Source: Paraphysomonas bandaiensis
Lineage: Eukaryota; Protista; Chrysophyceae
DNA length: 64,000 nucleotides
Direction: 5' to 3'
Assembly (NCBI GenBank): GCA_965644295.1
Contig: CBFFRP010000173.1
Location: 1-64,000 of the forward strand
This document shows, in pieces, positions 23,132 through 37,175 of the stretch. Both the position numbers and the translations under genes were made by a program. Under the pieces are notes generated by a model. The model searched no databases and was not told the DNA's origin. It was given only the letters and a program-made list of their open reading frames with translations. Position 1 is the stretch's first letter; each line of letters starts with the position of its first letter.

Positions 23132-23638
23132 ATGAGTATGCTGTTCACCCCCTCACCTCCTCCCATTGAGAGTATTAACGATGATATTGAAACGATTCAA
23201 GTGAAGAGACAGGAAAGATACACCCCTGACATGGCCTCCAGTGTACCACGTGTATTACAGCTTGATACAGTGATACCACATGATCCGCTCATAGGAGCGC
23301 TCTCTTCTCCATCATCGACCTCCACTGACTCAGATATGTCCACTGTATACTCGAATGAGTTGAGGGATTCCATACGAATTTGTTTGTCTCGTAAAACTCG
23401 CTTCATGGGAATTCCGTACATCTTATCTTCGAGCTTTTATGTGCCACCTGAAAATGGTAGTGACTACTCGCCTACATGCAGATCTCCCAGGAATTCCTTT
23501 TCGTTGAAGAAATTCATTCCAAAGATGATCAACAGAGCACTATGTGCGATAACGTCATTTTTCGGCAAGTTTCAAAGAGGAAACGAAGTGAAAAAGAATC
23601 CTTACGAGGATGAAGGATTCGTGAAATCTTTTATATAA
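23132..23638 (+). CDS. Hypothetical Ser/Pro-rich protein, 168 aa
   Basis: ATG-initiated single ORF with coding-like composition in otherwise AT-rich DNA. No recognisable domain. Confidence 0.55.
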   Translation: MSMLFTPSPPPIESINDDIETIQVKRQERYTPDMASSVPRVLQLDTVIPHDPLIGALSSPSSTSTDSDMSTVYSNELRDSIRICLSRKTRFMGIPYILSSSFYVPPENGSDYSPTCRSPRNSFSLKKFIPKMINRALCAITSFFGKFQRGNEVKKNPYEDEGFVKSFI

Positions 23639-24289
23639 CTCAAGACACGCCATATTACACCACGGCGATGCGATTATGCTTTTATGCCAGGTTTACTGGT
23701 GAAATTGATATGATTCACATTCTTATTTAGGGGAGATGTGTAGTCTCTCGTATATAGACATTACCAGTACTTTTACCGATGAGATTCCTGAAATATGGAC
23801 ATAAATGACACAATTTGCTGTCATGCCAGCAGACTTCAGATGTGTCAGAATTATTACTATACATTTTGCATTATTCTATTGGTTGACTTCAGTTTTATAT
23901 TATAATTTTTTTGGAAAAAGAACATGTACTATCAGCATCGAAGATGTAAATAATTGAATATACACTTAACTCATTCTTAGATGCCAGATAAATTAAGTTG
24001 CTGTTATATTGATTTGAATGACTATAGTCCAATGTGTATAGTGTATATATATAGTATATATACTATATACCAAATAAACCAGGTATAGGAAACAATATAT
24101 TGCAATATATTGATTGGTGGACTAGTTAAGTATTCCATCAATATTGTTTCTGTTAAAGTAGCTCACAGTATATAATATATTGCAATCAATATTATGATAG
24201 TCATATACAGAAAGCTACTTAACTGTAGGGTAAAAAATATATATAAGTCCATGTATATAAATCTCCGTTCAGACAGTAATTATTGTAAC

Positions 24290-24535
24290 AATACAGAGGA
24301 TGATGAAGCTGAATTTGGATATGTGGAGAAAATTCTTCAATCAGCTCAAACTTAAGAACAGAAAGTTGAAATATCTAAATACAGGTGCACGAGTCATGTA
24401 GTATGTACTTCCAATACATGTGAACGCCTGTCCAGTGCAGAGTTCAGCAAAACTGATATAACAGTTCATATGCTACTACACTTAAAATGCTGTTGTTTCT
24501 GAAAGCTAACCGACAGTTGTGGCCAGATAATATTG
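24290..24535 (+). pseudogene. hAT-like transposase C-terminal relic 1
   Basis: From 24374 it reads SKYRCTSHVVCTSNTCERLSSA and from 24481 LKMLLFLKANRQLW, matching the hAT dimerisation motifs TSxxxERxFS and MxxFLxxNxxxW. Confidence 0.7.
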
Positions 24536-25095
24536 GATGAATATGGTGATAATGATGTCACCGATGATGGCTCAGGGGATGAGTAAAAACAAGGACGCCT
24601 CTTTTTCCCGCCCCTTTTTTTTGAGTAGGAGGAAACTTTTAATTAATTAAGAGCAGTGGGCTTGATTATCAAGTGACCTTAGACCTTATAATGACAAGTA
24701 CTAAAAACTACGGATGTGTTTACTTACTGATTAGTCATACAAATATATGGCAATATACTGCAATAGTATTGTAGGGCCGGTTTAAAAACTCCATCAATAA
24801 TAGATGGAATGCTATCTAACAATAATTTTTCCTTATCCCTGAAAATAAACTACCATTTATCTCTCTACCTTCTTCGAATCATACGTCAGAAGTACTAATT
24901 CATATATATGAACGAGATATAAACAGTAACTAAGTAGTGTTTGCACTTCCTGATTAAGTCCAATATAGTTAAGATAGATAGTCAGAGAAATTTTAATATT
25001 TCATTATATAATTTAAGAAAGAAACACAAATCTTTTAAATTGCGCTACCTTCGCAGCAGTCAAAGTAATTCCCAGATAGGAAGTAATATGTACAG

Positions 25096-26488
25096 TTAAG
25101 TAGCAGTGAGGAATGCTTTACTTTCGATAAATGTAGATATCATCTCATAAAGTCGCTCAGGTTCATTCATAGGAGCAAGGTGACCTGCCCCATTCACAAC
25201 AATCTCCGTCAATGTGTCGTACTCCTGCACCCAGCCAGAGATATGAGTAGCACCGTTGTATTCCGTCAACCACTTTCTTCGAGGAGCAGAGAGATACTTT
25301 CCTCGTCCAGGCCAATCCATCTGCATGATCCATTTCTCATTTGAAAAGGGGCCATCCTTCCAATCAAACTGCCCCTAAAAAGAAATTACTATTATAAAGT
25401 TGCACAAGCGCCTTCAATACTAACTTGATATAGGAGGACCCTGATGTTGTCGAGTAGGAATGGAATCTTGTCCGCCTGGCTCTGCATAACATCATCGTAA
25501 AGGGCGATCGAAACCTGGCTATCGGTACTGAAGGGAATATCTTGTGGAACGTGCAGCATGTCCTTGGCCTCTGGGCTGTTTAAGAAGGTATCCATGCGTT
25601 CATGCATGTAATCGTAGTCCTCGAATGTGCGCACATCATACTTATTAATACCACTGCTTGAAATGACGAGGTCTTCCATCTCGCTCCGGTAGTCGTGAGC
25701 GGCAGTGTAGTTTCGCTGAAGACAGGCGACACTAGCCTTCAGCGCAGATACCTTCGCAGCAGCAAATGTTTTTGCGTCAATTATACCGAAATCATATGCA
25801 GCACGCGGGCCAGCTTCCACCTGGGAGCAGGGGTCTGTGAGCCCGTCACCAATAGCCACACCCTGAAGGTGTATAACGCGCTTGCCATTCTCGACCGCAT
25901 TCTGGTTCTCGCTAAGAATCTTGTAGGCAAAGGAGGGGATATAGTGGCCACCATATGACTCGCCGGTAATAAAAAAGGGAACGTTGGCGTATTCCTCATG
26001 CTGGTTGAACCATTCCTGCATAAAGTAGTATAAGTCCTGTGCAACCTCATCCTGGTTCTTAGCGTAGGCATCACCTGACCCCGCTACGCTATATCCAGTG
26101 CCAATCGGCTGGTCCACGAATAAAACATTGTATTCTCTATTCCAGTTCCCAACCGTACGGGGTTCAAGCTGTTCGTTTTCATTGAGATAATACGGACCAA
26201 GTTCAAAAAACAGTCCCAACTCTCCGGGAGACCCGGGGCCACCTGTGATTACAATAGTTAAGCAGAGTATGCGAGGCTGGTCTGTTAAACACCTTGAAGC
26301 CAGAGGAGCAAAGGCTTCGGCTCCCCGCTGGGCACTTGCTGCGGAGTGAACCAATAGAATATTTTTGAACCCGGTGTCTGTGGGCGTGATCCCGATATAT
26401 CTATGAACCCGGAGAGCTCTTGAGCGACACACGACAGGGCGCTGAGGGCGATGCCTGTATACAAGACAACCAATCTCATCATCGCCAT
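25096..26488 (-). CDS. Serine carboxypeptidase (peptidase S10), secreted, 3 exons
   Basis: Signal peptide, LLLWLQG/GPG, FVDQPIGTGYS, GESYGGHY (catalytic Ser), GQFD, GAGHLAP (catalytic His). Confidence 0.95.
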
Positions 26489-27012
26489 ATGTGGTGATTG
26501 ATGAATGGGTCTACGATGATGTTGGTGAATGAATTAAGTTAAGAGGTGATGTGGTATATAGCCATAACTATACCATATATATGTGTAGATATCCATATGA
26601 TATGACCTGCCTGTTGCTAACAGGATGTACTGCTGTACAGGTATACAGGAGTACAACAGTACGGCTGTGTAGAGTATGGCTACGAAGGTAGGAATTCTAG
26701 AGTTCCTAGAGATGTTTGTATGGATAGAATATACGCCGTACTTCTTGATTACGGTGCCGCAGTACAGCTCTACAGTGTTCTGATCATACTAGTGTTCACT
26801 CTTATCTACGATGTACACTACGCACGTTCGTACCGACACATAACTTCAAGACACGACATGGAGCTACACACACACACAGACACACACACAGACACACAGA
26901 GATAATGCTATCGGCTGTGTTAAGAGCCACCATCAACCAGTACCAGTCCCGGTAACTCCCTCTATCACTGGGTTTTATCTTACCTCTGGAAGCCTCATAT
27001 TTAAGTCATTCA

Positions 27013-29392
27013 ATGGATCGAATCGAATATAAGAAACAACAGACTCATAGAGGCAGTAGAGGCTTGTTCCGCTGTCTATACCCCCGTGAGGTGTGTCTTC
27101 TTATGACTGCTGTGGCAGGACTGTGTTTGTTTGTGCCCCTGTGGATGGGGTACGACAGAGACGATGATGTGAAGCGCATATCTTTCGGTTTCGTTAACTG
27201 GGATGTGTTTTACGCAGCTTTAGTGGCTTCCTTTTCAACTGCTCTGCCTATGACTCTGGATACTGTTTTGGATTATCAATTGCCCCTTAGGACAACCCTT
27301 CCAAGATATTTAATGATATTTTCACTTGTTCTTCCTGGAGTATTATCATTCGCATCTTATTCGATATCACAAAGTTACGATATGAAACTGGTACTCGCCG
27401 GAATACATTTACGCGAAACCTTACTTAGAGGTTCTTTGCTTAGCTTTCTTATGTGTGACGACTGTTCATGGAAGGCAAACACAGCTGTGGGCTGCGTGTG
27501 GAGTTTGATCATGCTGGAACTCCAAACAACGATGTGGGGATTCTTTCGTCCTGATGTAGTTTCTTACTCCTGGAGAATGTTTGTTTATACTTTTACCCCG
27601 ATATCACTTTTCTTGGTATTAGGGATGCTTGTGTATCGTTTGCGCAAAACATTCTATATGGCCTCTAAATCCACAAAGGTGATTCATTTTCCAACCTTTT
27701 ACACAGCGCTTTTTGTGCTCTGTATTAGTATAAAGATATGCGTTCTTTCTATTACAAAGGATATGGCGTATTCTGGATTTTCAGATATATTTATATGCAT
27801 TCTTGCGACGAGTATACCAGGACGGCAGGCCAGACATGAAAAGACAATAGCGCAGGTAACTATGTATTCCAGTACGAAATATCACTAAGAACGTAACACT
27901 AGATGGTACTTGAATCGAAACGTGATTATGTGAGTTATATATCTCATGAGATCCGTACACCTCTCAACTCGGTATATATGGGTATTCAACTACTCTCCAA
28001 AGAGTGGGGGAGGGATTTCAAAAGTGTTGATGTGGGGGCTATCCTGGGTGACATAGATGACTCATGTAAAGTTGCCATTGATATTCTGAATGAGCTTTTA
28101 TTGGTCAACAAGCTAGAGACTGGGAATATCGAGTTAGAAAAAGAGCTAATAGTGGCGGTAGATTTGATTAAGAATGTCACTGCTCCATTCAGTGTACAGG
28201 TATGCTTCTTGTTGAGTGTGGTTTTCCGGAAAATGATATATCTTTAGGCACGGCAGAAGGGTGTCGAATACAATTTTACCGGGGATTCTCATGTTGATCC
28301 TATCCTGGTTGCTAGTGATACGCATGTGTGTGTAGACACTCGGAAGATCAGCCAAGTATTGCGCAATTTGGTTTCTAATGCTCTGAAATTTACACCAAAG
28401 GGTGGCCGGGTGGATGTTTATTCCTACCTTACACGCAAAGCATCTCCAATGTCGAAGACATTGTCACACCCCCCACATAGTATTCAGCCATCGGCGACAC
28501 AGTGTGGAAAGACTGAAGACATACCGAACGATCAGTTGCGATTTGGAGCCAGTAACTTTGACCTAGCTGATTGTAAGCTGCGCATAGAAGTTCATGACAC
28601 CGGTGTGGGCATATCACCGGTACATAGCATCTCATTCTGAAGTATTCTAAGTGGAATTAATGTTTTATGAACATAGGACAACATGCAAAGGTTATTTGGC
28701 GAAATTGTTCAGTTCAATGCATCCAAGCTTCAAAATGGCGGCGGTTCTGGTATTGGCTTGTGGAGTGAGTCTTATATCTTGTGTGTGACCATTCTAAATG
28801 GTAAATTTTAGTTTCTAAAAAGATTATGGATTTGCATGGAGGGCGTATAGGAGTCAGGTCTGAACTGGGCAAGGGGTCTATGTTTTTCGTTGAGATGGAT
28901 GTGGCTACTAATGTTTTGAAAGCCTCTCGAAGGTACACAACCACTGCGGTAATGTTGCCATCGCTTCCCATGCGGTCGTCTAGCAGTGAATACATTCAGG
29001 AGATAGGCAATGACTCTATAGATGGAACTAAAGTCCTCGTCGTTGATGATTCTACCGTTAATCGAAAAATGATGAAGCGATTACTGGGGCCGAAAGTGGG
29101 TCAATTATGTGAAGCTGAGAATGGTATTAAGGCTGTAGCTAAAGTACACGAGTCAATTGAAAACGGATGTCCGTATGATGTCATATTCATGGATGCTAAT
29201 ATGCCTGAAATGTGCGGCACGGACGCCACTGTACTTATTCGTGACATGGGATATAATGGGATGATTATTTTCCTCACCGGGAATGTGTTGCCAGAAGAGT
29301 ATGATCGGATAAAATCCGCTGGGGCTGATGAAGTTATCATTAAGCCTTGCACCTTGGACCGTTTAGAATATTTTCTTGAGAAGTGTAGGTGA
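27013..29392 (+). CDS. Membrane hybrid histidine kinase (multi-TM sensor, HisKA, HATPase_c, receiver), multi-exon
   Basis: SHEIRTPLN (H box), QVLRNLVSNALKFT (N box), VHDTGVGI (G1), GGSGIGL (G2), VLVVDDS..IFMD..IIKP (receiver). Confidence 0.93.
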
Positions 29393-29916
29393 GCATCTGA
29401 TTGTGATGTTGCTTATTTCTCATTATACTAAACTATTCAGGAAGTAGCATATTACTGGAAATACAGATAATACTGAGACTATAGGCAGTTGTGGTGTATG
29501 CTTGTTCGTAGTCGTGTACTTATATGCGACATTCTGTTCTATATGAATTCACCTATATCTATATGCGATATCGGACCTAATTTCGTTACACTATTTATTT
29601 TTGTTCATTCGATGGGATTTCAGACATAAATTAGTAGCCCAATATTTTTGTACTATAGTAGTAGCTTTGTGCGCTGTGACTAAGATTCCTATTTCGTGAA
29701 TATGCCTCTTCGTAAGTATATAATATATACAGGTCTGTCTCTTATTTATAGTGTGTGTACGTATACAGTATTATCTCTATAATGTGTAATTACTGTAATT
29801 GGGACAGAAAAAATTATTGCAACAATAATTGTCAACTGTTACGCAGCCCTGGTAGTGAATTATTAGCACTAGGTGTGTAAGAGTCAGATCTAGTGTAGCA
29901 AAGCAATTTAACTATT

Positions 29917-30226
29917 AGTGCTTAAATCTGATATCCTACTATTCGGCGCTACGAAAGAGCTGCTTGTGCATTACCACAAGCACCAAGGTGCAATCACCCC
30001 AATACCCCGGATGCCTGTTTATTCGTCAAGGCCCAAAGATGTCTACACAAGTGACAAGGGACACTTATTAGTGTCCCTTGCACCACACAAGCATTTGGCT
30101 ATATAAGTGGGCAGAACAATATCTGCACTATCTATATATGCGGCTCAAGTTAGTTTCCCAGCGAAATATCTCCGGTACTTATCCCCAGAACACCACGAAA
30201 AGTTGAGAGTCCGACTTTGTTGAGGG
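29917..30226. mobile_element. Dispersed repeat family A, copy 2
   Basis: Homologous to 8221-8616. Contains hairpin caagggacac-ttatta-gtgtcccttg and ends gagtccgactttgttgaggg. Confidence 0.85.
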
Positions 30227-30462
30227 CGGATATAAGACAATTAACTAAAGCCTACTTCTACGTGCGTACCTGTAGCTTGTTGATATGCTTACCGTAGGAT
30301 CGGTAGTAGCTATCCTGTATTCTGTGTAACAATGAAATACAGAATCTACAGTAACAGGAATAGGAATAAAATATGCTGAGAAAATGAAAGAGCAGTATCT
30401 ATTTAAGGTATGACTTTTAGAGAAAAAGAGTGGTGCTAATGATTGATGTCCTCAACAATCAC

Positions 30463-30560
30463 ATTACTACAACACCATAACCTTACTATCTCTCCAAATA
30501 TAAAATCAGCTATTACTACAGCACCACAACCTTACTATCTCTCCTAATATAAAATCAGCT
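30463..30560. repeat. Tandem duplication, 49-bp unit x2
   Basis: attactac..accttactatctctcc.aatataaaatcagct occurs at 30463 and 30512. Confidence 0.85.
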
Positions 30561-31486
30561 GTACAGTATCTTGCAACGCCCAACATACACCACCTATTCA
30601 TAATAGCGGAGGAATAAGGATAGGGATAATACTGCCCCTTTCAAAGAGTCTAATATTGTATGAAACGATGAGGAACACACACGCGGGAGTAAGAAATTAT
30701 TCGGGTTCCGGTTAGTTCTATATCGTTAATAGGATTGTAATAATATAACTTCTTAATAAAAAAGGAAGTATACCCCTAATATATAAAGAGATGAATCCAA
30801 TAGGATTTCACGACAAACATGTAACACCAAGTATGCAACAACGCACTCTGCAATCTAATATAAGTGAGAAATATAAGAAATTCAAGAGTAGAGATAAGCG
30901 GGAGGTTTTTAAGAGTAGATAAATCAATCAGAGGAATATGATAACGAGGCAAATTCACAATTGATAGGAGTACAAATAACTTATAACACATTTCACCGTA
31001 CCTGGTATTGTCACGTACTTTTCATGGACACACGCAAAGACAAAATCAAGATATAGAAGAGGTAAATTGCACGTATATATACGTAGTCGGTGATTCCTAA
31101 ACTACAACGACCATTACATACTTCGATCACACATTATTACAAAAATTAAAGTCAATATTAAATTAAAGGTTTATTTATAACAAGGTATATTATTTCGTCA
31201 AATTTTCGCTTAAACCAGTGGTATTCTTTCTGCAACAAGACAAACAGCGCCAACATGATAACCTCAATTTATACCCAATCAGCAAAGTCACCAGCCAGAC
31301 AGCAAGAAGTACGAATGGGAATATATACATATCACAAACACTCAAAGTATGCATTTTCAATGTCATCGGAGACGATAAACGAGGTAAGGGTGTCCCACGC
31401 ATATAACTTAGAGGTTCAGTTAACTGATCACCTGTGAGCGTGTTGATAAGTTGATCGTACCGCTCACTACCAGACTGGTCTAGTAG

Positions 31487-34347
31487 TCAGTATATGTAAA
31501 CTTCGCTCTGAGTATCTGGCCACATCACGCGATACTTGTAGCTGAACCGAATAGTTTCTTTAGGTTGTAGTAGCTTTGCCCACACGACATGATGTGTCTT
31601 CTTCGCCATGAACGTGCGAAGAGATGAGGAGTGCTGAGTGGATAGTGATTCAAGCACCGCGGAAATGACACCTGTCTCATCTTCAATTTGCTCATCAATA
31701 TAAACTACAGAATCCTTGTCTGGTGATAGCAGTTCGACCTGGAAACAAAACATCATCACTTATGCAATATGCTCAGGTAAACACATAATAATTTATGGCA
31801 ATCATTACAGGTGCACGCAGTTTTACAATATGCATAGTGCCTAAACTACTCCACATATTACAGCACACTAATCACATGCACACCCCTAGGGTACCTCAAT
31901 ATCCGCAGATGAACTATGCGGAAGATAGTCCGAGAGAATAAACACATGCGGCCTGTGTAGTCAAGTACATAATATTAGAAATACAAGTCCACTTATCAAA
32001 GATACGTAGCATTTTGCGAATAACTACACTTCACACAGCAACTTACTTATCGTATGTACTCGTGACAGTAACCGCCATATCTTCTATCTTCATCCTATAT
32101 TTCTTTTTCTCTGTTACAAACCAGCCGGATATATCTTCTTCCTTTGTGCGCTGCGTTGGCAAGATAGGAGTCATGTTGACTTCTATATTCTTATCGACGC
32201 CTAAAAACAAAATAGGAAATTAAAAGTTATTTTGTCATCACATTCCAATAACAATATAGTCACCTAAGTCAACTCTTAGATGCCCTCCAGGCTGTGTTGC
32301 TTGAATACTAGTTGTGCCTATGTATTGCCCCTGTAGAAATACACACGCGTCTCCCGTAGACAGAAGTGGCACTCCCTCGCTCCCACTTTCGGTATATGTG
32401 CCCCACGATTTCAAGTACGCTCTGCAAAATGTTATGGTGAGGGGTATAATAGTAGTTTAAAAAACTGATACCTAGAATCGCCTCCCGTGAGTACCGCATA
32501 GGAAAAAACTTGAGAGGGTACCTACATTACAATGAAGTATATGACGAGAAACTATTATGTAGAACGAAAAAGTCACAAACATGGAATCCGAACATATGGA
32601 TAAGTAGTATATGATAAACCATTTGTTTAAGATTATGTACCTCTGCACTGTGTATAAGCAGCTTATCATGATTGCTCGAATAATATGGAGAGGGTTTCGA
32701 TTGACCAGGAAGTAAACGGTACTGGGCCTATTGATCACATTTAACTCCGATCAGGGACACTCATCGCACATTAACATAAAATAAAAGCGTAATATATAGA
32801 CCACTGTAAGAATTATAGGAATCCTAACCTTGTTGTCGGCACTAACTACAGTTGTCTTGTGCTTGGGGGTGAAAGTAAAAGCCGCCCCCAAGTCGCCTAC
32901 TCTTTCCACATGAGCTGTCTCCACTACCATGTCTGCCATCGCTGCCATTGGCATAGCCCCAGCGGATTCCATCATGTCCATCTCGTTGTCTGGCATTCCC
33001 TGCGGCAGTAGTGAGTATATATTCCACAGTTGAACAAGAGTTGCAATGGTAACGAAATAAAACCGATGATACATATTACTCCACCCTACTAAGTGCTATC
33101 ACTCCTATATAACAAGCCACTCACCCTATTTCTGGCCATGCTTTTCTTCGCGAAGGTCCTCTCCTGAGAAAAAGTTCTGTATCTCGGCGAATTATATGAA
33201 ACAGTCTTCCGCACGGGAGACGGGGAGGCGTGTAGATGCTCGGGAAAGGACGAAGAAAGCACAAGTAGTACATCATCCCAATCCTCACCTAAAAGAATAT
33301 ATGTAAACAATATAATATAACAATTTAATAGCCAACCGGTGGATTGTCCAACAGCTGCAAAAAAGTCAATCTGTAAGGTATATCCATCCTTCCCATTTCC
33401 TCCCTCCAGTTTCAAATCGTACTGAGCAGACCAGCTGGCTGGAGATGCCCTGTGCACAGCAGTAAACTGCTGTACCCTTGGTTCAGCGAAACTGCTCTCC
33501 GGTATATAAATATGCATGCGTAAAACCTTCTCAGATCGAGATGGTGGCCAGGAACGAATCTCAGTAGGAAGTGATTCGCATTTCGTACCGCCAGTATCCG
33601 TAGTTCTATACGGAGCTAGGAGAGCGCATGACACGGGGATGTACACACCAGAACTCTCTAAAGTGTGCACAGCTGCTGTGATAGCATCTATAGCTCGATT
33701 AGTATTGTTTAGCTCCTGAGTCACCAGCTTTCTGGAATTTTGAGCAACGCCTACAACACGATGATTCCATTACCGCTATGCAAATAATGCCGCACAAATA
33801 AGTCCTTACTTATCTCTTTATCTTGGATTGATAACATTTCGAGAACGTTTTCTACAGATGGGAGTGGCTGTGATGCCTGTGGTGTCACCACCGCCCCAAC
33901 ATATTTTTCGATAGCAGCAGATCTCAACTCAAGTCTGTTATATTCAGAGCGTAGCGTGTCCGCTTTTTCCATGTATTCGGCTAGAAGAGTTTTGAGGGCA
34001 CGTAGATGTTTCACATACGCCTCATCCTCAGTACGACTGACAGTGAGATCCTCCACAGACGTACTTAACAATCGGGCGTCACCTGTCCCTTGAACTCTGA
34101 CCGTGCGGTCCTCCAGTGTCCCTGGAAGACCATGCAGTAACACCGTATGATACCCTGCAGTCAGAGATACGCTGAAGTCTCTCTTAATCTCTGCTGTGTT
34201 ACCAAGCAACGTCACCTCAGTGATAGTCGAGGTCGGTATCTGAGTAATATCCTTGCAATGAACCCCAACAGAGGAGATCATCGTGTATACATACATCCAT
34301 CCAATAGACAACAATCCACAGCCCACACTGCCATAAGGACGACGCAT
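31487..34347 (-). CDS. DUF4140/DUF4139 (MuiA-like) protein, multi-exon
   Basis: STITEVTLLGNTAEIKR..LHGLPGTLEDRTVRVQG (DUF4140), coiled coil, ASWSAQYDL..VGQSTG/EDWDDVLLVLSS (DUF4139), C-terminal VWAKLLQPKETIRFSYKYRVMWP. The start codon is uncertain. Confidence 0.85.
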
Positions 34348-34893
34348 CGGACCGCAACAGTGTTGGTAAAACACAAACACAGTGAGGGAGTAAGCGGGAT
34401 TATCAATGAGAAATATGGGAGGGTGGATTCCTATCAGCTCTGCTCTCGTCTGCTGGCTGGATATGTACACACTCCCTCCAACTCACATACAGTCCAGTCC
34501 AGCCGTATCTTCCTCTCCATATGTCAGTGCAGTACATCCAGAGGGGTCGCTCCACGTGTCATCCTTTTCGGGAGTTCCGTTTTTGTCTTCAAAAAGTGCC
34601 GGAAATGGTCATTTTCTATGTTTTTGGACTCATATTTCAAAGTCGCCCCTAAAAATCCTATATATTACACTCCAGTGTCGTTGTGTGACATGACTGTGAC
34701 TGAAAACACAGTGTCTCTTGTAGATCCAACAATAAAATTTGGTTTTGAAAAACTGCTCAATGGAGTTGATTTTTTGTATAGGCCCAAGCCGCTTCGTGAG
34801 CACTGGACGGTCGTGTAGTTAAACACTGGCACGTGAACCATCTCACTGTAGGAGGTAGTTACATCAAGAGGTCAGTGAAGCGCTTCTGTTACA

Positions 34894-35229
34894 ATGGCAG
34901 GCCAGGGTGCATCTCTTCAAAACTATAATAATGAGCTTGTGAAATGCATTGAGGATCTAAGAGAGAAGAGAGAAGAGATCAACAGGCAGATCCTTAAAGA
35001 AGAAGAGGAGAAGGCGAAGATCCAGAGAGACCTCAGCATACTCACTGATAGGCTATCAAGTATCAATGAAAATTTAGCCAAGAAGATTCAAGCGAGAAAT
35101 GAGTATGACAGGACGATACAGGAGACGGAGGCGGCTTATATGAAGATATTGGAGAGCTCACAGACACTGCTGCAGGTCCTCAAGAGGGAGACAGTGAGCT
35201 TGACTAAGAAGAAGCAGTCATCTTCCTAG
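34894..35229 (+). CDS. SSNA1: SSNA1/NA14/DIP13 microtubule and basal-body coiled-coil protein
   Basis: [28 protein letters not shown]...[23 protein letters not shown] is the family signature. Confidence 0.96.
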   Translation: MAGQGASLQNYNNELVKCIEDLREKREEINRQILKEEEEKAKIQRDLSILTDRLSSINENLAKKIQARNEYDRTIQETEAAYMKILESSQTLLQVLKRETVSLTKKKQSSS

Positions 35230-37175
35230 GCCGTACGTATAGCCCGCATAAATCAAATCTTTATGCTTTGTTCAAAGTGGGTTGTTTCCACCACATTGTT
35301 CATAATGATTTGATTTTCTTGCTGTTACAGTAACTCTTCTGGACGAAGCTGTGTTGTACTACATTCTTTGTGCATGATATCATTCAAATTGCTTAATAAT
35401 TTATACGTAGTGCTTGATTACCTTTCGTGTCGGATACGTATCTATCCACCACAGCTCATTGCCTGCTAGTGGATGATGTGCATGCACTTGTTGAACACAC
35501 ATTACTATCACATTAAAGTTTAATTATATATATGCTGAACATGTAGAGTGTAATATAGATAAAGTTCAGTAAGTCGTTGTCGTACTCTATTATTCTCCTC
35601 TCGCAGTAGTTTATGATGATCGGTTTGTTAAAGTGAACGGAAAATTATATAGATGCAGCGTAGTATCTGTATGTTGATGCATACATCGAAACTTAATGTG
35701 GTCGTCTGTGTGTATTGATGCGACACGAATATAGAAATCTATCACTATCATTGCAAGAGAAAAAATACCTCAGTAGATATATTGGTTTGAGGTTTGAGTT
35801 AACCTACTCCAATAGTCATTTCCTTTAATTGCTGCCATTGAATTTTTATTTGCTTTCCTATTATTATTCATAGAAATACATTTTTCCTCTTATAGCAAGC
35901 ACGCTACAAGTAGCCATACATTTCAGATGTATTACGCTTTTAACATCATGAGGATAAGCAACAATTTATCCTAGGGATAAGTACATAAAAGGAGAAGCGT
36001 CCCTTATCTGAAACGAGGGTGAAAGGAAACAGGTGTTCAATATTAACACTAGGAAAACAAAGTACTCTTTCAAATCAATGGCAGCTATTATTGGACAATT
36101 TCGCCCTCGTTAAAACTTGTGAGCTCGGAGTGTTGGAAATTGACTTAACTGAACCATATTTTCACTCTATCCTGAAATTATAAGTTAGAAACATATAGTA
36201 ACAGAACAATATCACTTATAACCGAATGTCTTTCCACATCGTATGCCTAACACACTGTAATAAGAATGTCATCAAGTTACACATAGCCATGGCAGGATTA
36301 GACGCATAATTATCGATATAACAATCCGACAGTATACAGTATGACATAGCGCCTTTCCACTAAGCGCAATCAACGCAATTATTGAACTTCTCATATGCTT
36401 CGAGTTCTCTGAAATTATATATGTCAGTGATTAACACACGGTCACTCTAATACACATGTTAGTAAACTCTCATTACTCAGGTTATCGTACGCTTACCTCT
36501 GGGCTCACTAAACTCAGCAGGTGCATTATCACTGGTCTCTCTAGACACAAACGCTATATTTTTACAGACACCATTCGCGCTGACCCCACTAGGTACAGCA
36601 CTCACACTACTCTCTGGCAAAGTACGAAGGGACTTACTCTTCCCTAGAATCTCATCTGCCGTAGACTTGTTGGACGTGTCGCCCGAAGCCGGCATCGATG
36701 ATGATTCGTCTCTCCTGTCGTCACAATAACGAGGTTTTGAGTGTAGTCTTGGGTTTATTATAGATATAGCTTAACTCTGAAACATTTCAGGCCAGCGGGT
36801 CACTCTTGACTCCCGTAACCTCAAGCGCATCATAGATCGTATATGGCGCAAATACAATTCAATGGAAATAGCAATAATTCTTATAACTGTCATTTTTGAT
36901 GTATACAATACCGAATTAGTTAACATCTAAAACAACCCCATTGTCACATATTCAATATTACCTACAATACACAGATATATGAAGGCAAAAATATTGGTAA
37001 GTGACAAACTAAATATTACAAACACCTATAGCGTCGTAAAAAGTACTTTGAAACAATTTCTTGCTGCTCATTTGATTTTAGTCCAATTTCTTTGATATTT
37101 GATAATTAACTTTGAATCCCTCCTGCACACTGTAAACTAATATTAGGCCCGTAACAAACAACTTAAGTTCAATGA

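Noticed and set aside
36477-36890. Short minus-strand ORF(s)
   Set aside because: No recognisable motif, an in-frame stop upstream and no clear splice structure.
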